From positions 45,989 through 109,988 of the forward strand of contig CAYUHG010000002.1 of NCBI GenBank assembly GCA_964444545.1: DNA of 64,000 nt, written 5' to 3'. This document shows positions 56,923 through 64,000 of this stretch, piece by piece. Made by a program: the position numbers and the translations under genes. Source of the stretch: an uncultured Rhizobium sp. GTDB lineage: Bacteria > Pseudomonadota > Alphaproteobacteria > Rickettsiales > UBA1997. Each line of letters opens with the position of its first letter. Positions within the stretch are counted from its first letter, which is position 1. The notes under the pieces were generated by a model. The model saw nothing but the letters and a program-made list of their open reading frames with translations. It was not told where the DNA came from and searched no databases.

Positions 56923-58917
56923 GTGAAAAAAATCAAACTCATTAAAACTAAAAGCACAAAGCGTTTAAAAGCTTTCTCGATGATCGAGTTGTCGATCGTT
57001 ATTTTGATTATTGGTATTTTGATTTCGGGAATTTTGGCTTCGAATGCGATTATCAAGAAGTTTCGTATTCAGACGGCTCAGACTCTGACGATGTCGTCAC
57101 CGGTGCAGGGGATTCCGGATTCAGTTTTGTGGTTGGAGAGTAGTTTGGATAAAAGTTTCAAAGAGTCAGAGAGTTCTGATACTACTAGTTTAAGTGCTTG
57201 GTATGATGTTCGAGAATCTGTGAACAAGAACAATGCGACCCAGAGCAACAGCGGTAATTATCCAACTTATTCGAATTCGATTAACAGTATTCAAGCTGTG
57301 AAGTTTGATGGAACTAATGGTTATTTCAGCGTTGATGGCAGTGTTTTGAACAACACGAATTACACGATTTTTGTTTTAGAGCAGAGGGAGAGCAGCAAGA
57401 GCGGGAATTATTTTATTGGCGATTCTTCATCAGGTAATGAGTCGACAACTAATAAGAACTTAGTGTTAGGCTATAGTGCTGATGGTACGATTAAGCATTC
57501 TCAATCGAGCGATAATTCTTACACCTCATCAATTTCTTCTTACTCATCTTCGAACGGTAAGCCGAGAGTTTTCACGTTTGTGCATGATAAGGCTTCAGGG
57601 AAGAAGACTTATATTAATGGTCTTTTGGCTGCGACTTCTACTGATACGAATCATTTATCTGGGATGACTACTTTGACGATTGGTAAGTCATATCAAGGTC
57701 AGATTGGCGAGGTTGTGATGTTTGCGAGAGCGCTGACAACTGAAGAGCGTCAATCGGTTGAAGATTATCTAGGTAAAAAATGGAATAGTAAGATTCTAAG
57801 ATCAGTTGGATCATCATCTTCATCTGGAGGAATTGGTGGAAGTTGTGTTGGAGGTACGGTGAGTGATTCTGGATGTTTGACTGCTTGTACTGTTACTGCG
57901 GCGACTGGGATTACTGATACTACGGTTGGTGGTGGAACAGGATCTTTGACTTGCAATACCGCAGCAAACTTCACTGGCTCTCTGCCGTACACTTGTTTGA
58001 ATGGAGTATTTGCCTATACTGGTGCGACTTCTTGTTCTTGTGCTACTGGATATACAGCAAGTGGTTCGACTTGCGTAACTTCAGCTTGTACCGGTGGTAC
58101 AGAATCAACAGCGACGGTTTCTGGTATAACTTATAAAGTTCATACTTTTACTTCTGATGGCAGCTTATCTTGTCCAACAAGTCGTTCTGCTGAGGTTTTG
58201 GTAGTGGGTGGTGGTGGTTCAGGTGGTTCTGCAAATCCGAATGCTGGTGGTGGTGGCGGCGGTGGTGGTGGTGTTGTTTATTCCGCATCATATACTCTTT
58301 CTACTAGTTCATATACTGTTACTGTCGGTGCTGGTGGTGCTGGTGTTGCGGCTACTGTTGCTCCGCCAGGAGTTCCTGGTAATAATGGTGGTGATTCTTC
58401 ATTTGGAACTTTGACTGCAAAGGGTGGTGGTGGTGGTGGCGCTCTTTATAATAATTCTACTGGTTTAAGCGGTGGATCTGGTGGTGGTGGATCTTGGTTT
58501 GCCAGTGGAGGATCTTCAACTCAAACTGCTCAAGCCAATCAAACCGCTCATTACGGTAGTGTTGGTGGTACTAGTACTGCACAAGCATGCGGTGCTGGCG
58601 GTGGCGGTGCTGGTGGTACTGCGAGTGGTACGGGAAACTGTATTGGTGGCTCGGGAGTATTAATTTCAATGACTGGCGGATATTATAGTGCTGGTGGTGG
58701 TGGATCTGGTGGAAACCCTAATGGAAGTTTACCGGGTGGTGCTGGTGGTACTGGTGGTGGTGGTGCTGGTGGTAAAGGTGCTCCAAATACAACAGCTGGT
58801 GGCAATGGAACGGCGAATACTGGAAGTGGAGGTGGTGGATCAACTAGCTATACATCTAGAGTTACTTATTCTGGAAATGGTGGATCTGGTATTGTAATCG
58901 TGCGCTACGCTCAATAG
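56923..58917 (+). CDS. prepilin-leader / LamG / Cys-rich / glycine-rich-domain protein (664 aa)
   Basis: GTG start; KRLKA|FSMIELSIVILIIGILISG. LamG-like GQIGEVVMFARALTTEERQSVEDYLGKKW. Cys-rich stretch, then VLVVGGGGSGG...GGSGIVIVRYAQ. Confidence 0.75.
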   Translation: MKKIKLIKTKSTKRLKAFSMIELSIVILIIGILISGILASNAIIKKFRIQTAQTLTMSSPVQGIPDSVLWLESSLDKSFKESESSDTTSLSAWYDVRESVNKNNATQSNSGNYPTYSNSINSIQAVKFDGTNGYFSVDGSVLNNTNYTIFVLEQRESSKSGNYFIGDSSSGNESTTNKNLVLGYSADGTIKHSQSSDNSYTSSISSYSSSNGKPRVFTFVHDKASGKKTYINGLLAATSTDTNHLSGMTTLTIGKSYQGQIGEVVMFARALTTEERQSVEDYLGKKWNSKILRSVGSSSSSGGIGGSCVGGTVSDSGCLTACTVTAATGITDTTVGGGTGSLTCNTAANFTGSLPYTCLNGVFAYTGATSCSCATGYTASGSTCVTSACTGGTESTATVSGITYKVHTFTSDGSLSCPTSRSAEVLVVGGGGSGGSANPNAGGGGGGGGGVVYSASYTLSTSSYTVTVGAGGAGVAATVAPPGVPGNNGGDSSFGTLTAKGGGGGGALYNNSTGLSGGSGGGGSWFASGGSSTQTAQANQTAHYGSVGGTSTAQACGAGGGGAGGTASGTGNCIGGSGVLISMTGGYYSAGGGGSGGNPNGSLPGGAGGTGGGGAGGKGAPNTTAGGNGTANTGSGGGGSTSYTSRVTYSGNGGSGIVIVRYAQ

Positions 58918-58931
58918 CAATTGCTCAGAAA

Positions 58932-58963
58932 TAAAAAGCCGATGACTTAAAAAATCATCGGCT
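58932..58963. terminator. bidirectional hairpin terminator between the pilin-like gene and the efflux operon
   Basis: agccgatga-cttaaaaaa-tcatcggct, with an A5 tract on the plus strand (U-tract for the minus-strand transcript). Confidence 0.6.
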
Positions 58964-58986
58964 TCTGACTCCCTATAAAACTTAAG

Positions 58987-60396
58987 CTATTTTTTCTCTT
59001 TCTTTTTTTCTTCGACAATTTCCGAACCTCCGCCCATCACTTTGTAAAGTGTGATGAGGTTAGCGATATATTCTTTTTTTGTTGTAGCTTGATTTTGCGA
59101 GGCACTCAAGAAATTAATTTGACTATCAAGCACATCAAGTCTGCTCATAATTCCCATCTCATGTTTGCTTTCAGAAAGATCGAAAGATTTTTTGCGTGCA
59201 GCTAAAATATTGTCGTGAGATTTGAGTTGGCTAACTACTGATTTTCTTTCGGCCAAATTATCCAGAGCTTCACGGAAAGCGGTTTGAATCGCTTTTTCAT
59301 ATTGCACAATTTGTAACTGTTTACGGGCATTAGCGATGTCTAAGTTAGCAATATTTCTGCCGCCAGAAAACAAAGGTAGATTGATTTGTGGTGTGAAAGA
59401 CCAGCTTCTGCCATCCCATAAAGTGTCCAAAGATCGTGAGCCATAACCGTAAGTTCCAGTCAAAGTAATTGACGGGAAAAAGGCAGCTCGAGCCGCTCCA
59501 ATATTAGCATTGGCACTTTTTAAATTATGTTCAGCTTGTTTGATATCAGGACGCGACAACAGATTTTCAGAGGCAACAGCATCAAGTAAATCTTCGTCAA
59601 TTACGATATCGTTAAGCGAATTCACACCTTGCGGCAGAGAGCTCTCATCAAAAACTCCGGTTAAAGTCATCAAAGCATTTTTGTCTTGTTCAACGATTTT
59701 CTTATAGCCTTCCAAAGTAGATTTAGCGCTTTCGATCAAAGCTTGAGCATTTAGCAGAGTAACCTGCGAATCTATTCCATTTTTGTAACGTAATTCCGAA
59801 AAATTATAGCGATCTTCTTGCACCTTAACATTTTCTTCCGCGAGTTTTAGCAATTGTTGATCTAGCAAAAGTTGGGCGTAAGCGTTAGCAGTTTCAGCGA
59901 TAACGGTGATGTGCATAATATTTCCCGCTTCTTGCGTCGCTAAGAAATCTTCCAAAGCTGATGCTTTTAAGCTGCGTAATCGGCCAAAGAAATCGACTTC
60001 ATAAGAAGTAAATCCAACGTTAGCGCGAAATTGTTTTTTGGGAGTGAAGCTAGAAAATCCACTAGGAACACCTTGGCGAGTCTCTGAGGCTGTGCCAGTA
60101 ATTGTTGGAAGAAGATTTGAACGTGCAACACCGTGAGTTCCTTCAGCAACTTCGATGTTTAGTGCGGCAACTTTTAGGTCGCGATTATGATCTAAAGCTA
60201 ATTGGATAACGCGTTGTAAATCGGGCGATTTAAAATATTCGCGCCACGACACTAAAGCGATTTTTTTCTTGCTGGCGGTGGTTACTTCTACAAAAGGAAC
60301 TGGTGCATCAGGCTTGACATACTTTGGTGCCATAGTGCAGGCGGTGCCAAGTGCCGTGATGGTTAGAAGTAGTCCGGAGAAATTTTGAATTTTCAT
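58987..60396 (-). CDS. efflux outer-membrane factor lipoprotein (NodT/TolC family)
   Basis: Lipobox LGTAC; two TolC-like repeats; 469 aa. Lies downstream of acrB. Confidence 0.9.
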   Translation of the reverse strand: MKIQNFSGLLLTITALGTACTMAPKYVKPDAPVPFVEVTTASKKKIALVSWREYFKSPDLQRVIQLALDHNRDLKVAALNIEVAEGTHGVARSNLLPTITGTASETRQGVPSGFSSFTPKKQFRANVGFTSYEVDFFGRLRSLKASALEDFLATQEAGNIMHITVIAETANAYAQLLLDQQLLKLAEENVKVQEDRYNFSELRYKNGIDSQVTLLNAQALIESAKSTLEGYKKIVEQDKNALMTLTGVFDESSLPQGVNSLNDIVIDEDLLDAVASENLLSRPDIKQAEHNLKSANANIGAARAAFFPSITLTGTYGYGSRSLDTLWDGRSWSFTPQINLPLFSGGRNIANLDIANARKQLQIVQYEKAIQTAFREALDNLAERKSVVSQLKSHDNILAARKKSFDLSESKHEMGIMSRLDVLDSQINFLSASQNQATTKKEYIANLITLYKVMGGGSEIVEEKKKEKK

Positions 60397-60442
60397 TTTT
60401 TGTAAAATTTAGAATCGTGTGGTTTTATCGAGTTCGGCTAAA

Positions 60443-60548
60443 GAAACCCCCCGACTCGCTGCGCGAGCCACCCCCCTTGACAGGGGGGCGATGGTCCGAG
60501 TCCCACCCCCCTGTCAAGGGGGGGTGGCCCGCAGGGTCGGGGGGTTTC
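60443..60548. repeat. family-2 GC-rich nested palindromic element inside the efflux operon
   Basis: gaaaccccccgactcgctgcgcgagccaccccccttgacagggggg...cccccctgtcaaggggggtggcccgcagggtcggggggtttc. Confidence 0.8.
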
Positions 60549-60578
60549 CTTAACCAAACTCAATATTTCAACTACTCA

Positions 60579-63500
60579 CTACCCAATTCTTTTAGCAAAT
60601 TTCTGCACCAACACGAAGAACATCGGCACAAATAAAGTAGCAAAGAAAGTAGCGGCAATCATACCGCCCATCACGCCGACACCAATTGCACGTTGGCTTG
60701 CTGAACCAGCACCGTGAGCGATTGCTAGTGGAGTAATACCAAGCATAAATGCCATTGAAGTCATGATAATCGGACGGAAACGCATTTTGATCGCGGTTAA
60801 TGTGGCATCGATCAAGTCTTGTCCTTCGTCGTAAAGATGTTTCGCGAACTCGACAATCAAAATAGCGTTCTTCGCTGACAAACCAATGGTAGTTAAAAGA
60901 CCAACTTGGAAGTAAACGTCATTGCTCATTTGGAATACGATTGAAGCAACAAGTGCGCCAAAAATCCCGAAAGGTACAACTAGAATTACTGAAAATGGAA
61001 CTGACCAGCTTTCGTAAAGTGCTGCCAAAGATAAGAATACCACGATCAGCGAGATCAAATACAGCGCCATAGTTTGTGATCCTGAAGCTTTTTCTTCGTA
61101 AGACAGTCCTGACCAAGTGTAGTCAATTCCTTCTGGCAAATCCTTAATCATACGTTCCATCTCTGCCATAGCAACACCAGAGCTGACGCCAGGGACTGGG
61201 CCACCTTGAATATTCACCGAAGAAACACCGTTGAAGCGTTCCAATTTTGGTGAGCCAAAAATCCAACGTGCTGTGGCAAAACTATCGAAAGACACCATTT
61301 GTCCAGCAGAGTTTTTGACGTACCATTTTTTTAAATCTTCCGGATTCATGCGATAAGAAGCGTCACCTTGTAGATAAACTTTTTTGATCCGGCCTTTATC
61401 GAGGAAGTCATTGACGTAGCTTGATCCCCAAGCGGTTTGTAAAGTTTGGTTAATGTCAGAAATCGTTACACCTAAAGTTGCTGCTTTCTGGTAATTAATC
61501 TCTAACTTATATTGCGCCATGTCGTTGAGACCGTTGGGACGAACCCCGATAAGTAGAGGATTTTTTGCTGCCGCACCTAAAAGTTGATTGCGCGCGGCAA
61601 TCAAAGCGTCATGGCCAAGTCCGCCGCGATCAAGAAGTTGGAGGTCAAAACCTGAAGCGTTACCAAGTTCGCGAATTGGTGGTGGGAAAAAGGTGAATAC
61701 CGAAGCATCTTTAATCTGTGAAAGCGCACCCATCGCGCGTCCAGATATTGCCATTACTGACTGATCTGGTCTTTCGCGCTGACTCCAATCTTTTAATCCG
61801 ATAAACCCGAAACCGGCATTTTGGCCGCGTCCGGCAAAGCTAAATCCTGAAACTGTGAATAAGTGTTCGATATTTTCTTTTTCTTTGGTGAGGAAATATT
61901 CTTCGACTTTTTTCAAACTTTCTTGTGTACGTTCCAAGCTTGCTCCACTTGGTGTATTGACCATCAAATACATCATACCTTGATCTTCGGTTGGTAAAAA
62001 TGAGGTCGGTAATTTGTTAAATAAAAACATCAATCCACCAATCATCACGACATAGATCATAAAAAATCTTAAACTGCGATTGATGATTTTATTGGAGGAG
62101 TTGGTGTAAAAATTTCTGAGGCGATCGAGCTTCTGGTTGAAGGAATTGAGGAAGCGATTTTCCGAAAGTTTTTTGCTCTTCTTTTCTGGTTTCAAAATTG
62201 TGGCGCACAAGGAAGGCGATAAAATTAAAGCTACCAACACAGAAAGACCCATTGATGAGACGATTGTGATCGAGAATTGGCGATAAATTGCACCAGCTGA
62301 GCCACCGAAAAATGCCATTGGAATGAATACTGCTGACAAAACCATGGCGATACCAATCAACGCACCAGTAATTTGTTTCATCGATTTGATCGTCGCTTCT
62401 TTTGGTGATAAACCTTCTTCGTGCATGATACGCTCAACGTTTTCGACAACAACGATGGCATCGTCAACCAGCAAACCAATTGCTAGCACTGTGGCAAACA
62501 TTGTCAGAGTATTAATGGTAAATCCGCAAGAAAACAGAATCGCGAAAGTTCCAAGTAAGACGACAGGAACTGCGATTGTTGGAATTAAAGTAGCGCGGAA
62601 GTTTTGCAGGAAAAGTAACATTACCAAAAACACCAATAAAATCGCTTCAAGCAAAGTTTCAACAACGCCGGCGATTGATAGTTTGATGAATGGAGTTGAG
62701 TCGTAAGGATAAATTACTTTGACGCCTTTTGGTAAATTTTTTGATAATTCGGCCATTTTAGTTTTAACGGCATCGGCAGTTTTTAAAGCGTTAGCACCTG
62801 ATGCCAAAATTACTGCCATACCAGCGGCAGGATGTTGTCTGTAGCGTGCTTCGGTACTGTAGCTCAAAAGTCCTAATTCAATTCTAGCAACATCTTGCAA
62901 TCTAACTTGTGCGCCTCGTGAATTGGCGCGCAGAATAATGTTTTTAAAATCATCAACAGTTTTGAGTTTTGATTGCGAGGTGATTGTGGCGTTAAGTTGT
63001 TGTCCTTTTACTGCCGGAAGTCCGCCAAGTTGACCAGCGGAAACGTCAGCGTTTTGAGCTTTGATAGCTGTAATAACGTCGTTGGTGCTAAGTTTGTAGC
63101 TATAAAGTTTTTGCGGATTAAGCCAAATACGCATGGCGCGTGGGTTACCGAAAGTTGTAACATCGCCAACACCGTTGATACGAGCGATCGAATCTTTGAT
63201 ATCGGAAAGCAAAATATCGCCAAGCTCGCCTTCGTTTACCGAATCATCTTCAGAATAAAGACCAATTACGACTAGGAAGTTGTTATTAGATTTACGTACT
63301 CGCACACCTTGTTGTTGTACTTCTTGCGGAAGAAGGGGCATTGCTGATTGTAAACGGTTCTGAACTTGTACTTGCGCAATGTCGGGATTGGTTTTGGGCT
63401 CGAAAGAAAGTGTAACAGAAACGTTGCCATCAGAATCGGAAGTAGAGCTGAAATAACGCACATTATCAATACCAGTGAGGCTTTGTTCGATAACTTGAGT

Positions 63501-63683
63501 AACGCTATTTTCCAAAGATTGCGCTGAAGCACCTGGAAGTGAAGTTGAAATTGAAACGGCAGGAGCAGCGATGTTTGGGTATTGTTCAACGGGCATTTTA
63601 AGTAATGCTAGCGCACCTGACATCATTACGATGATCGCCAAAACCCAAGAAAAAATCGGGCGGTTAATAAAAAAAATCGACAT
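60579..63683 (-). CDS. acrB: RND multidrug efflux permease (AcrB/HAE1 family)
   Basis: 1034 aa. MSIFFINRPIFSWVLAIIVM N-terminus and a 12-transmembrane RND pattern. Confidence 0.95.
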   Translation of the reverse strand: MSIFFINRPIFSWVLAIIVMMSGALALLKMPVEQYPNIAAPAVSISTSLPGASAQSLENSVTQVIEQSLTGIDNVRYFSSTSDSDGNVSVTLSFEPKTNPDIAQVQVQNRLQSAMPLLPQEVQQQGVRVRKSNNNFLVVIGLYSEDDSVNEGELGDILLSDIKDSIARINGVGDVTTFGNPRAMRIWLNPQKLYSYKLSTNDVITAIKAQNADVSAGQLGGLPAVKGQQLNATITSQSKLKTVDDFKNIILRANSRGAQVRLQDVARIELGLLSYSTEARYRQHPAAGMAVILASGANALKTADAVKTKMAELSKNLPKGVKVIYPYDSTPFIKLSIAGVVETLLEAILLVFLVMLLFLQNFRATLIPTIAVPVVLLGTFAILFSCGFTINTLTMFATVLAIGLLVDDAIVVVENVERIMHEEGLSPKEATIKSMKQITGALIGIAMVLSAVFIPMAFFGGSAGAIYRQFSITIVSSMGLSVLVALILSPSLCATILKPEKKSKKLSENRFLNSFNQKLDRLRNFYTNSSNKIINRSLRFFMIYVVMIGGLMFLFNKLPTSFLPTEDQGMMYLMVNTPSGASLERTQESLKKVEEYFLTKEKENIEHLFTVSGFSFAGRGQNAGFGFIGLKDWSQRERPDQSVMAISGRAMGALSQIKDASVFTFFPPPIRELGNASGFDLQLLDRGGLGHDALIAARNQLLGAAAKNPLLIGVRPNGLNDMAQYKLEINYQKAATLGVTISDINQTLQTAWGSSYVNDFLDKGRIKKVYLQGDASYRMNPEDLKKWYVKNSAGQMVSFDSFATARWIFGSPKLERFNGVSSVNIQGGPVPGVSSGVAMAEMERMIKDLPEGIDYTWSGLSYEEKASGSQTMALYLISLIVVFLSLAALYESWSVPFSVILVVPFGIFGALVASIVFQMSNDVYFQVGLLTTIGLSAKNAILIVEFAKHLYDEGQDLIDATLTAIKMRFRPIIMTSMAFMLGITPLAIAHGAGSASQRAIGVGVMGGMIAATFFATLFVPMFFVLVQKFAKRIG

Positions 63684-63734
63684 GTTTTATTTTTTAAACT
63701 CGTGAGTCGGCGACAAAAAAATCGCCGATTTAAA

Positions 63735-64000
63735 TTATTTTTTTGATTCTGCTTTCAATTCCACAGACGCAAAAACTGGATTAACTTTTGCGCCTTCAGA
63801 AATTTTTTGAAAACCTTCGGAAATTACGATATCGCCATCATTCAAGCCTTCTTCAACAATCCAAGAATCGCCTTCAGCTTTATTGGCTTTGAGGACACGT
63901 GGTTTGGCAACATTACCGTTTTCAACAACCCAAACTATCAAGCCGCCTTTAGGATTACGAGTAGTAACTTTTTGCGGAATAGTAACAGCTTCGAATGGTC
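63735..64000 (-). CDS. acrA: RND efflux membrane fusion protein, C-terminal part (runs off window end)
   Basis: Open to the window edge. C-terminal beta-barrel/MP-domain-like sequence. Lies immediately upstream of acrB. Confidence 0.75.
   Translation of the reverse strand, partial: PFEAVTIPQKVTTRNPKGGLIVWVVENGNVAKPRVLKANKAEGDSWIVEEGLNDGDIVISEGFQKISEGAKVNPVFASVELKAESKK

Noticed and set aside
57476-58897. Several 60-75-aa ORFs (V/L-rich) in other frames of the pilin-like gene
   Set aside because: They are generated by GGT/GGC-rich repeats read out of frame (GTG/GTT runs) and are fully nested in the long ORF.
60417-60635. 72-aa ORF (…PPPLTGGRWSESHPPVKGGWPAGSGGF…)
   Set aside because: It is the translation of the GC-rich palindromic element and overlaps the 3' end of acrB.

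Overview
AT-rich chromosomal segment (mid-to-upper 30s % GC by eye, not computed) from a Gram-negative bacterium. It is mostly tightly packed housekeeping genes. The LPS and outer-membrane set is kdsA, lptA/lptB, bamD and an acrA-acrB-OMF efflux operon. Other core genes include argH, mutM, queH, ansB, mtaB, class I lysyl-tRNA synthetase, trpS, aspS, nadA, pth, gcvT/gcvH, secG, bioA, hisD, nhaA, glmM, RNase J, coaX, trmD, tRNA-Gly(GCC) and RNase P RNA.

Class I LysRS, RNase J, argH followed by a small lipoprotein, a VirB3 homologue and at least six ankyrin(-like) repeat proteins point to a host-associated alphaproteobacterium of Rickettsiales/Holosporales type. That assignment is inference, not a database result. 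I recognised no rRNA, CRISPR array, transposase or integrase.

Main observations:
- alaS is split cleanly into two intact ORFs 22.5 kb apart, in an order that a simple insertion cannot explain.
- A dispersed palindromic repeat family resembling Rickettsia palindromic elements (RPEs) has five copies. One is read through in frame inside mtaB, and one donates the bioA stop codon.
- A second, very GC-rich nested-palindrome element has two copies.
- An ankyrin effector-like cluster is translationally coupled to the lysyl-tRNA synthetase gene. It includes an ankyrin/serralysin-like fusion with non-canonical zinc-motif spacing.
- Two prepilin-leader/LamG proteins have no pilus machinery nearby. One carries Cys-rich and glycine-rich C-terminal modules.
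- virB3 is orphan.
- A partner-less MazF/PemK-like toxin gene sits directly behind rnpB.
- Two DEAD-box helicase paralogues are convergent, one with a roughly 300-aa RGG/RD-rich tail.
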